Part shown: positions 1 to 8,105 of the stretch, piece after piece
Layout: each line of letters begins with the position of its first letter
Position numbering within the stretch: position 1 is the stretch's first letter
NCBI RefSeq assembly: GCF_009695865.1
Contig: NZ_VUNB01000006.1
Span: 89,109 to 113,108 of the forward strand
Source of the DNA: Baileyella intestinalis
Lineage (GTDB): Bacteria > Bacillota > Clostridia > Peptostreptococcales > Anaerovoracaceae
Direction: 5' to 3'
DNA length: 24,000 nt
The notes under the pieces: generated by a model
What the model was told of the DNA's origin: nothing
The model's database searches: none
What the model saw: only the letters and a program-made list of their open reading frames with translations
Made by a program: the position numbers and the translations under genes

Positions 1-1
1 C

Positions 2-3000
2 ATCTATAAGTCAACGGCCCTGACAGTAAGTGCACCTGATTATAAAGGTGAATATGACGGAAGATCTCACGGAACAACAGCTGTTGCAAAGGCAGGAGAT
101 CACCCAGCTCCAACTGGAACTAAAATCTACTACAGCACCAGCGAAAACGGACCGTGGTCAGAAGAATCGCCAGAAATCAAAGACATAGGAACTAAGATCG
201 TATATGTAAAAGCAGAGAATCCTAACTTCGAGACAGCAAGGGCTTCTGCAACTCTTAAAGTAACTCCGAAGGAAGTAACTGTAACCGCAGATGACAAGAG
301 CAAAAAGTACGGAGAAAAGGATCCTGAGCTTACGGCTTCAGTAACGGGAACCCTTGATGGCGACACTGTAAAATACCAGCTGTCCAGAGAATCTGGCAAT
401 GATGTGGGCAAATATACTATCACACCTTCCGGAAAAGAGGACCAGGGTAATTACACTGTAAAGTATGCAGCAGGCAAGCTGGAGATTACAAAGTCAGACA
501 ACCTGAAAGTTACAGCTAAAGGTTATACTGGAACTTATGATGGAACTTCACACGGAGCATCTGCAGTTGCAAAGGTGGGAGATAATCCGGCTCCAGATGG
601 AACCACCATTTACTACAAGACTGGAGATGGTAACTGGACAACTGAAGCACCTTCCATCAAGAATGCAGGAGAAAAGACTTTCCAGGTCAAGGCAGTAAAT
701 TCAAATTATGAAGATGCTGTGGATGAAGGCGTGCTTAAGGTCGAAAAAAGAAAGGTAACACTGACTAGCGAGACCGATTCCAAGACCTTTGACGGAACAC
801 CTCTCACAAGACCTTATGTAGCAGTATCCGGAGACAGATTCGTTCCAGGAGAGCTTGACTACGCAAAGGCCACCGGTTCCATTACAAAGGTTGGAGGACC
901 TGTAGATAACAAGATTGAGTACAAGCTCAAAGATGGATTCAAGACCGATAACTATGAAGTAACTCTGAAAACTGGAACGCTGACAATTACAAAGATACCA
1001 GCCTCATATCTCACTGTGGAGGTAAAGGCAAACGACCATGAATGGACCTATGATGGCCAGTCTCACAGCGATAATGGATTCAAGGTTGAAAAGGGACTTG
1101 ATGAGCTCCAGAAGATCAACAGCAAGTTCACTGTAAAGGCTGATGTAAAAGGCACAGTAAAGAACGTCAGCGATACAGCAGATGGCAACAATAAGGTTAC
1201 CGATGTGAAGATCATGCTGGGAGATCAGGACGTAACTGATCAGTTCGCAGCAGGAGTAATCACCAAGAAAGACGGAAAACTTACAGTTTCACCAAAGCCT
1301 GTTACACTGAGCAGTGCCAGCGCAACCAGATCTTACAACGGCAAGGAACTGACCAGTCCGGAAGTACAGGGCAAAGACGGTTTCGTGGCCGGTGAGCTTA
1401 AGTCAGCCGTTGCTACAGGGAAAATAACTGAAGCAGGAAGCGTTAAAAACCACATTGAGTTCCAGCTCAACAATGGATTCAGGGAGGACAACTACACTGT
1501 TACCCTTAAGCCGGGAACACTGACAATTACAAAAGTTACAGGATCAGAACTTGCTCTCGAAGTAACAGCCGCAGGAGGCAGCTGGAAATATGACGGAAAG
1601 AGCCATGAGAAGAAGGAGTTCTCTGTAACATCAGGACTGGAAAAGCTTAAAGCTATTAACAGCAACCTGAAGGTAGATGCTTCCGTATCCGGTTCTGTAG
1701 TAAATGTTAAAGACAACGGTGAAAACAAGATTACCGATGTGAAGATCATGCTGGGAGATAAGGACGTTACAGATCAGTTCGAGAGTGATGTGATCTCCAG
1801 AATAAATGGAACACTCACAATCAATCCGAGAAACGTAACCCTTACCAGTGAATCAGGCACCAAGAAGTTTGATGGAAATCCTCTCACAAAGCCTGAGGTC
1901 AAGGTAGGTGGAGACGGATTCGTAGAAGGTGAAGTCAGCGATGTTAAGGCAACAGGAACAATCACAAAGGTTGGAGACGTTACCAACACAATAGAATTCA
2001 CCAAGAAGTCCGGATTCAAGGATGAGAACTACAACATCACGAAGTCCGAGGGAACACTTACAGTTACCAAGAACGAGGATGGAGTTGTAATCAATCCTAA
2101 GACTGTCAGCAAGGTCTATGACGGCAAGCCGCTGACTGCCGGATACGACTGGACAGCACCTGCCGGCTACACAGTTGAAGTAACAACAGAAGGATCCGTA
2201 ACAGACGCTGGAACAGCAGCCAACACAGTTAAGTCTTATACAATAAGAGACAAGGCTGGCGAGGATGTTACCGATCAGTTCAAACCTGTTATTACAACCG
2301 GAACACTTACTGTAACAAAGAAAGACGTTCATCTGGTATCCGCCGGCGGCAGCAAGGAGTACGACGGTACGCCGCTTACAAGTCCGGAAGTAAAAGGTCA
2401 GGACGGATTCGTAGAAGGTGAAGTCAGTGATGTTAAGGCAACAGGATCCATTACTGAAGCCGGTTCTGTAAAGAACGAAATCACCTACACAGAAGGAGAT
2501 AAGTTCAACAAGGACAACTACAACATCACAAAGGATGAAGGAACTCTGGAGATCAAGGCGAACACCGCATCCCTGGAAGCAAAGGCCTTCAGCAAGAAGA
2601 GAATTTACAACGGTGAACCTCTGAATGCAGAAAACGGTACACTGACAGGAGCCCTTCCAGCAGGACACACTGCAGAAGTAGTTTCTAACGGTGAAACCAT
2701 AACAGATGCAGGAACAGTTTCTACCGTAGTAAAACAGGTGATCATCAGAAATGCTGATGGCAAGGACGTAACAGATCAGTTTACCGGAATTACCAAGAAA
2801 GACGGAAAACTGGAAGTTACAAAGAAAACGGTAAACCTGAAGTCAGACAGCGCAACCAAGACCTTTGATGGCACACCTCTCACAAGACCTGATGTAACAG
2901 TATCCGGAGACGGATTCGTTCCAGGTGAGGTAAGTGACATCAGAGCTACCGGCTCTATTACAAAGAAAGGTGTTGTTGATAATTCAATAACATTCAAACC

Positions 3001-4609
3001 GGAAAAGGGCTACAAAGAAGGAAACTACAACCTGCGTAAGGAAGAAGGAAAACTTCAGATCACCATGGTGCCTGTAGATGTGGCTGATGTAAAGGTCAAA
3101 GCTGCAGAGGGAACATGGGTATATGATGGAACCGCTCACAGTGACGGAGGCTTCACAGTATCCGGCCTGGATAACATGGGTGAAGGCTTCACAGTAGATG
3201 CAAAGGTAACAGGATCCGTAACTAATGTAAGTGAAGGAACAGTTGCAAATCACATTGCATCTGCAGCAATCATGTACAACGGTGAAGACGTAACAGATCA
3301 GTTTGCAAGTGGAGTAAAGACAGAAGACGGAAAACTGACAATTACACCTAAGCCGGTAAGCCTGAAGAGCCAGAGCGCATCAAAGGCCTTCGATGGCAAA
3401 GCCCTTAAAGCACCTGATGTAGAGTTCCTGGATGGCACTTCCTTCGTAAAGGGAGAGGCAACAGCAGTTGCAACAGGATCAATAATCAAGAAGGGTTCTG
3501 TCAGCAACACCATCGAAATCAAGGGAACACCTGGCAAGTACCAGGAAGACAACTATGACATCTCAAAGACTGAAGGAACCCTTACAGTTACAGAGAATGA
3601 GAACGCTATAGTTATCAATGCCGGAAATGCCAGCAAAACCTACGATGGTACACCGCTGAAGGCGGCAGCAGAAGTTACCGCACCTGAGGGATATACTGTT
3701 GAGGCAGTAACAGATGGTGCAATCACTAATGTAGGAACAGCAGTTAACAAAGTTGTGTCCTGGACTATCATCAACGAGGATGGAGAGAATGTAACAGACC
3801 AGTTCAAGCCAGTAACAAATGAAGGCAAGCTGGTTGTTACCAAGAGAAACGTAACTCTTGAATCAGGAAGTGCATACAAGAGATACGACAGAAAGCCTCT
3901 TACAAGCAGTGAGATGAGCGTATCCGGAGACGGATTCGCACCAGGTGAAGGAGCAGAGTACAACTTCACAGGAACCCAGACTGAGAAGGGTGAAAGTGAG
4001 AATACCTTCACATACAAGCTTCACGAAAACACTCTGGAAGGCAACTACAATATTGAGGTTAAATACGGCAAGCTGGTTGTAGATGATCCGATACTGTACA
4101 CAGCAACCATCCACTACAGAGATGCAGCAGGTAACACCCTGGCACCTGATTTTGCAGGCAAGTATATGGCTGGAGACAGCTTCACCATCACATCACCTGC
4201 AGTCACAGGATATACACCTCAGCAGACCTATGTGACTATGGACAGCATGCCTGAGAGAGACGTAGAAGTGACAGTTGTATACACAGCTAATGCAGTTCCA
4301 GGACCGGGACCTGGACCAGGACCGGCTCCAATCCCGACAGTAGTTCCGGGAATAGCACCTGGACCGATTGCAGCAGCTCCTGGCGGAGCAGCAATCGTAT
4401 CAGGATCAGCTGGTGACGGACTTACACAGCTGAAAGATGTTAAGACCGCAAAAGGACTGAAGGAACTTCACGAGAAGTGCAACATTCTTCCATTCCTGTT
4501 CATGCTCTTGACCATGATTGTAGTAATTGCTTACAGCAAGGCTATGAAGAAAGATCAGGAGGAGATATTCCAGCTCAAAGAAGAACTGGAATCAAGAAGA
4601 AGGTTCTGA
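2..4609 (+). CDS. Giant repetitive cell-surface adhesin-like protein, 5'-truncated by the window edge (MBG-like repeats, MucBP-like domain, Pro/Gly linker, C-terminal membrane anchor)
   Basis: Frame 2 is open from base 2 into the tracked ORF 404..4609, so the gene starts upstream of the window. At least 7 copies of an ~85-aa module (K-x-[FY]DG-x-PLT ... GDGFV-x-GE ... ATG[ST]IT ... DNY ... GTLTITK) alternate with ~95-aa modules (W-x-YDG-x-SH ... VTDVKIMLGD-x-DVTDQF). The first module has the YGEKDPELTA...GNDVGKYTI...GNYTVKY pattern of YGX-type MBG domains. MucBP-like beta domain at ~4097..4290, PGPGPGPGPAP linker at ~4298..4400, hydrophobic helix at ~4484..4536 followed by a charged tail. Stop is followed by a terminator. 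Confidence 0.85.
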   Translation: MYKSTALTVSAPDYKGEYDGRSHGTTAVAKAGDHPAPTGTKIYYSTSENGPWSEESPEIKDIGTKIVYVKAENPNFETARASATLKVTPKEVTVTADDKSKKYGEKDPELTASVTGTLDGDTVKYQLSRESGNDVGKYTITPSGKEDQGNYTVKYAAGKLEITKSDNLKVTAKGYTGTYDGTSHGASAVAKVGDNPAPDGTTIYYKTGDGNWTTEAPSIKNAGEKTFQVKAVNSNYEDAVDEGVLKVEKRKVTLTSETDSKTFDGTPLTRPYVAVSGDRFVPGELDYAKATGSITKVGGPVDNKIEYKLKDGFKTDNYEVTLKTGTLTITKIPASYLTVEVKANDHEWTYDGQSHSDNGFKVEKGLDELQKINSKFTVKADVKGTVKNVSDTADGNNKVTDVKIMLGDQDVTDQFAAGVITKKDGKLTVSPKPVTLSSASATRSYNGKELTSPEVQGKDGFVAGELKSAVATGKITEAGSVKNHIEFQLNNGFREDNYTVTLKPGTLTITKVTGSELALEVTAAGGSWKYDGKSHEKKEFSVTSGLEKLKAINSNLKVDASVSGSVVNVKDNGENKITDVKIMLGDKDVTDQFESDVISRINGTLTINPRNVTLTSESGTKKFDGNPLTKPEVKVGGDGFVEGEVSDVKATGTITKVGDVTNTIEFTKKSGFKDENYNITKSEGTLTVTKNEDGVVINPKTVSKVYDGKPLTAGYDWTAPAGYTVEVTTEGSVTDAGTAANTVKSYTIRDKAGEDVTDQFKPVITTGTLTVTKKDVHLVSAGGSKEYDGTPLTSPEVKGQDGFVEGEVSDVKATGSITEAGSVKNEITYTEGDKFNKDNYNITKDEGTLEIKANTASLEAKAFSKKRIYNGEPLNAENGTLTGALPAGHTAEVVSNGETITDAGTVSTVVKQVIIRNADGKDVTDQFTGITKKDGKLEVTKKTVNLKSDSATKTFDGTPLTRPDVTVSGDGFVPGEVSDIRATGSITKKGVVDNSITFKPEKGYKEGNYNLRKEEGKLQITMVPVDVADVKVKAAEGTWVYDGTAHSDGGFTVSGLDNMGEGFTVDAKVTGSVTNVSEGTVANHIASAAIMYNGEDVTDQFASGVKTEDGKLTITPKPVSLKSQSASKAFDGKALKAPDVEFLDGTSFVKGEATAVATGSIIKKGSVSNTIEIKGTPGKYQEDNYDISKTEGTLTVTENENAIVINAGNASKTYDGTPLKAAAEVTAPEGYTVEAVTDGAITNVGTAVNKVVSWTIINEDGENVTDQFKPVTNEGKLVVTKRNVTLESGSAYKRYDRKPLTSSEMSVSGDGFAPGEGAEYNFTGTQTEKGESENTFTYKLHENTLEGNYNIEVKYGKLVVDDPILYTATIHYRDAAGNTLAPDFAGKYMAGDSFTITSPAVTGYTPQQTYVTMDSMPERDVEVTVVYTANAVPGPGPGPGPAPIPTVVPGIAPGPIAAAPGGAAIVSGSAGDGLTQLKDVKTAKGLKELHEKCNILPFLFMLLTMIVVIAYSKAMKKDQEEIFQLKEELESRRRF
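700..4080 (+). repeat. Intragenic array of diverged tandem coding repeats inside the adhesin gene
   Basis: DNA-level repeats are visible: 1193..1247 vs 1727..1781 (55 bp, 4 mismatches, 534-bp register) and 1916..1957 vs 2405..2446 (42 bp, 1 mismatch, 489-bp register). The GDGFV-x-GE motif recurs near 836, 1378, 1915, 2404, 2908, 3430 and 3928. Confidence 0.85.
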
Positions 4610-4633
4610 TAGTCGGTAACTGACAACAGGCGA

Positions 4634-4664
4634 AAAGGCCGGCCCTCTGGGGTCGGCCTTTTTA
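4634..4664 (+). terminator. Rho-independent terminator of the adhesin gene
   Basis: GC-rich stem GGCCGGCC (4637..4644) pairs with GGTCGGCC (4651..4658, one G-U pair), followed by TTTTT. Confidence 0.8.
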
Positions 4665-4694
4665 CAAGAAAATCGAAAATTAAGGAGGTTGAGC

Positions 4695-4811
4695 ATGAAT
4701 TCATCAGGAGTAAAGGTCAGGAAGGTCTCTTTTAACCAGGAGGCGGAATCCTATATGGAGAAAAACGGATTTTCCAATGTGGTTCTTGACATAATAAAAT
4801 TCACAAGTTGA
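4695..4811 (+). CDS. 38-aa ORF with a strong RBS, possibly the N-terminal piece of a gene interrupted by an in-frame TGA
   Basis: AAGGAGG at 4682..4688 lies 6 nt before the ATG at 4695. TGA at 4809..4811. It is in the same reading frame as ORF 4827..5246. Confidence 0.3.
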   Translation: MNSSGVKVRKVSFNQEAESYMEKNGFSNVVLDIIKFTS

Positions 4812-4826
4812 TGTGCACCTCCGAAA

Positions 4827-5246
4827 ATGGAGATATCAGTAGGTTTTACTGATAAGGAAACGAAAAGTGAAGAAATGGAGAGGAAGGGCTACCTGTGGAT
4901 GAACACTGGAGACCACCTTGTATACTGGCCGTCGAAGGGAGTGGTTACAGAGAAGGAAATTCAGGTTAATTATGAGATAAAGCCCTGGCTAAGCACTTTC
5001 GTAGTAAAAGGAATAAAGCCAAAGGTCAGAAAGAACCAGGGCAGGGATTACACCAGGGAGATGAAGGCCATCCTTCAGCTGGCCCAGCGAAAGGGCCGGG
5101 TAACAAGTGGCCAGGTCAGGCCCATGTGCCGCCTTACATCCAGGCAGACAACAGATCTTCTTCACAGAATCACAGAAGGGGGATACCTGGAGAAACACGG
5201 AACTGGAAGAGGCACCTGGTATGAACCTACGAGCAAGAAACTGTAA
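4827..5246 (+). CDS. Hypothetical protein with a C-terminal winged-helix DNA-binding domain
   Basis: The C-terminus MKAILQLAQRKGRVTSGQVRPMCRLTSRQTTDLLHRITEGGYLEKHGTGRGTWYE matches the wHTH tail pattern (...L...G.L...G.GRGT.Y) seen at the end of AlbA_2/RecG-like putative regulators. There is no Shine-Dalgarno sequence before the ATG at 4827, and the preceding sequence CCTCC is anti-SD-like. Confidence 0.5.
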   Translation: MEISVGFTDKETKSEEMERKGYLWMNTGDHLVYWPSKGVVTEKEIQVNYEIKPWLSTFVVKGIKPKVRKNQGRDYTREMKAILQLAQRKGRVTSGQVRPMCRLTSRQTTDLLHRITEGGYLEKHGTGRGTWYEPTSKKL

Positions 5247-5261
5247 TTGAAGATGTGATAT

Positions 5262-5307
5262 AGGATTTTTTCTGAGGGCAGAAGCTTCCGGAAAAAGTCC
5301 TTTTTTC
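5262..5307 (+). terminator. Rho-independent terminator
   Basis: AGGATTTTTTCT (5262..5273) pairs with GGAAAAAGTCCT (5290..5301) in 12 bp including 2 G-U pairs, running into a T tract at 5301..5306. Confidence 0.7.
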
Positions 5308-5392
5308 TTGTAGAAAGGTTCGGGGGAAAGTCACAATTGGATTAGTGATTGAGAGTGACACTATTGTTCAGACCAGAGTCCAAAATATGGTA

Positions 5393-5420
5393 TTGAAGAT
5401 AAAAAAATAACAGATATAAT
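5393..5420 (+). promoter_or_regulatory. Candidate sigma-A promoter upstream of prmA
   Basis: TTGAAG (5393..5398), 16-nt spacer, TATAAT (5415..5420). Confidence 0.35.
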
Positions 5421-5537
5421 ATATTTACCCACAAGAAAAACAGGGTTAGTCGACAGATAGTATATTTATAAATCCCTTGGAAACAAAGTGAACCGACTAT
5501 TATTATGCATATGTGGTCGGAAAAAGGTTCAAATTAT

Positions 5538-6617
5538 ATGAAATACATAGAAATTACAGCAGATACAAAACAGAAGTACCTGGATACACTGACAAACAAC
5601 CTTATAGCAGAGGGCTATGATGTCATGGATATCCGGGACCCGGAAAATGCCCGCCTAATGTCCCAGGACCTGAAATATACAGAATACTGGGATCAGGCAG
5701 ACCTGGAGAGGCAGCTTTCCCAGACTCCAGGAGTTACCATTTATTTTGCCGATGACGAAGAGGGCAGAGTGCAGTCGGAGAAACTCCTTGAAATCCTCCA
5801 TCAGTGGAATGATGGTAAGGAATCTGCAGGCGAAGAAACAGCCGGGGTGTCTCCGGGAGCCGCAGATCTCCAGAACCATCTGGAGATTTCAAAGACCATT
5901 TCTGATGACGCCCAGTGGAAGGACAAGTGGAAGACAGGCCTGAAGCCCGTGACCATCGCCAGGGGAATTACAATTACCCCAACATGGATAGACTACAAGC
6001 CAGATGAAAATGAGCAGGTGATCCGCATCGATCCCGGAATGGCCTTTGGCACTGGCACCCACGAGACCACCCGCCTTTGCGGAAACTTGCTGGCCCGCTA
6101 TATAAGAAGCAGGGACAGAAATCTCACTGATGAGGAATCACAGAGTGTGACACCTGAGGAGATTCCAGATCAGGCCGGGAGCACCGGAGGCCTTAAGGTT
6201 ATGGACGTAGGATGCGGCACCGGCATCCTTGCCATCATCGCCTGGTGCCTGGGAGCTCATGATGTTCTGGGCATTGATATAGACCGGGATGCAGTTGAGG
6301 CTGCAAGGGAAAACGTACAAGCTAATTGCAGTTCTGCAGAGAGAGCAAGGCGCCAGATCAGGATAGAAGAAGGGGATCTGGCCAGAAATGTGGACTACAA
6401 GGCCGACATAATTGTAGCCAACTTGCTCCTTCCGCTGGTGCAGATGCTCACTCCAGATGCGGCCGTTCATCTGAGACCAGGGGGAATCTACATTGTTTCA
6501 GGGCTCCTGGTATCCCAGGAAAAAGAAGGTACTGATGCCTTGGAAGCTTCCGGATTCCGCGTAATTGCAGTAGAAGAACTGGGCCAGTGGTGCGCCATAG
6601 CTGCCACAAGGGATTAG
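5538..6617 (+). CDS. prmA: Ribosomal protein L11 methyltransferase
   Basis: Hallmark IDPGMAFGTGTHETTRLC and SAM-binding VMDVGCGTGILAI motifs. MKYIEI at 5538 is preferred over the tracked start at 5505. It carries acidic insertions (e.g. NLTDEESQSVTPEEIPDQAGSTGG) relative to the usual PrmA layout. Confidence 0.85.
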   Translation: MKYIEITADTKQKYLDTLTNNLIAEGYDVMDIRDPENARLMSQDLKYTEYWDQADLERQLSQTPGVTIYFADDEEGRVQSEKLLEILHQWNDGKESAGEETAGVSPGAADLQNHLEISKTISDDAQWKDKWKTGLKPVTIARGITITPTWIDYKPDENEQVIRIDPGMAFGTGTHETTRLCGNLLARYIRSRDRNLTDEESQSVTPEEIPDQAGSTGGLKVMDVGCGTGILAIIAWCLGAHDVLGIDIDRDAVEAARENVQANCSSAERARRQIRIEEGDLARNVDYKADIIVANLLLPLVQMLTPDAAVHLRPGGIYIVSGLLVSQEKEGTDALEASGFRVIAVEELGQWCAIAATRD

Positions 6618-6698
6618 AAAGGGCCGGCCCGCAAGCCAGCCGCAAAATGAGAACTATTTTTTTAATAATTCATAAATTTGCAAAAGGGGAATACGACT

Positions 6699-8102
6699 AT
6701 GAAAATCGGGTATGTAAACGGAATTCTGCTGGACGGAACCAGAGACATGAAACCTCAGTATGGCAAAATGATCATAACTGAAGGATCAAAGATTACAGAT
6801 GTGATGGACAAGGAGATGGCAGTTGAACAAGGGCTGTACAGAGAATGCCAGATCGTTGATCTGAACGGTGCGTACATAATGCCGGGCCTGATAAACATGC
6901 ATACCCACCTGCCTTCATCAGGAAAGCCTGCCAGGGCAAAGAAGAAAAGCGACTTGAAGAAGACTGTCAGGCTGATTAACTCCAATCCTCTCACAAGAAA
7001 GTACGCTTTCAACATGTGCCGGGACAACGCAGAAACAGAGCTGGTAAGCGGTGTCACCACCCTCAGGACCATGGGTGGACTGAACGATATAGACAGCAGG
7101 CTGAGAGATGATATTGCCACAGGAAAGCTGCAGGGCCCTAGAATCCTGGCCAGCAACAGCGCTATTTCCGTTCCCGGAGGCCACATGGCAGGCTCCCTTG
7201 CACTGGAAGCTACCAGCCCTTCTGAAGCTGCATCTATGGTGAGACAGATAGCAGCCAGCGGAGTGGACATAATTAAGCTGATGGTTACAGGAGGAGTTCT
7301 GGATGCAGACGAGCTGGGAGAACCGGGAGCTCTGAAGATGGATCCGGAAATAATAAAGGCTGCCTGTGATGAAGCCCACAGACTGGGCTACAAGGTGTCG
7401 GCCCACGCCGAAAGCCCTAAGGGGGTTAAAGAGTCCCTTAAGAATGGAGTGGACTACATAGAACACGGAGCAGAGCCGGACGAAGAGATGATTGAGCTTT
7501 TCAAGAAAACAGGTGCTTCTCATATATGCACTATTTCCCCAACAGTGCCATATGTTCTTGGGGACCGAAAAGTTACTGGCTTCAGCGAAATGGATCAGAA
7601 AAACTGCCGCACCGTAATGAACGGAATTATCAGCTGTGCAAAAGCCTGTCTTGAAAACGGAATCCCGGTAGGCCTTGGCACCGACTCAGGCTGCAGCTTC
7701 ACAACCCACTACGACATGTGGAGAGAGCTGGTTTACTTCAGCCACTACTGCGGCGTTTCAAGGAATTTTGCCCTCCACACGGCTACAGCAATTAACAGCC
7801 AGATTGCCGGCCTGGATAAGATCACAGGAACCATAGAGCCTGGAAAATCTGCTGACATGGTTGTTACAGAAGGGAATCCACTCAACGATCTGGAAGCCCT
7901 TCGCGGCATATACATGGTGGTTGCAAGAGGCAAGCTGATCAAAGACCCTGAGCTGGATAAATTCGATCAGGTTGATAAGGAAATCGACAGAGTAACCATC
8001 GACATCAGGAAAGACACTGAATTACACGAGGCTCTGGAACGGCAGCTGGAATCTATTCCAGAAGATGAGAACGCCGTCAGAGAGCGCATTGACAGGAGGT
8101 AG
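6699..8102 (+). CDS. Amidohydrolase-superfamily metal-dependent hydrolase (COG1228-like), substrate unknown
   Basis: Amidohydrolase ligand pattern: NMHTHL (HxH), IKLMVTGG (Lys context), SAHAES, IEHG, GLGTDSG. Start MKIGYVNG at 6699 is preceded by AAAGGGGA. It has a ~50-aa acidic helical C-terminal tail. Confidence 0.8.
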   Translation: MKIGYVNGILLDGTRDMKPQYGKMIITEGSKITDVMDKEMAVEQGLYRECQIVDLNGAYIMPGLINMHTHLPSSGKPARAKKKSDLKKTVRLINSNPLTRKYAFNMCRDNAETELVSGVTTLRTMGGLNDIDSRLRDDIATGKLQGPRILASNSAISVPGGHMAGSLALEATSPSEAASMVRQIAASGVDIIKLMVTGGVLDADELGEPGALKMDPEIIKAACDEAHRLGYKVSAHAESPKGVKESLKNGVDYIEHGAEPDEEMIELFKKTGASHICTISPTVPYVLGDRKVTGFSEMDQKNCRTVMNGIISCAKACLENGIPVGLGTDSGCSFTTHYDMWRELVYFSHYCGVSRNFALHTATAINSQIAGLDKITGTIEPGKSADMVVTEGNPLNDLEALRGIYMVVARGKLIKDPELDKFDQVDKEIDRVTIDIRKDTELHEALERQLESIPEDENAVRERIDRR

Positions 8103-8105
8103 CAA

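Noticed and set aside
1853-2668. 271-aa Cys-rich antisense ORF inside the adhesin gene, and similar minus-strand ORFs at 130..423, 1492..2019 and 2776..4114
   Set aside because: They lie antisense to a strongly supported repetitive CDS. They have odd low-complexity composition, no RBS and no recognisable domains. This is typical of shadow ORFs produced by the biased codon usage of the sense gene.
4298-4400. Pro/Gly dinucleotide-like repeat DNA (CCAGGACCGGGACCTGGACCAGGACCG)
   Set aside because: It simply encodes the PGPGPG spacer of the adhesin and is not an independent repeat element.
4809-4811. In-frame TGA as a selenocysteine or programmed read-through codon
   Set aside because: Only a weak 4-bp CTCC/GGAG hairpin follows, nothing like a bacterial SECIS. 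There is no redox-motif context around the codon. A nonsense mutation or pseudogene is more parsimonious.
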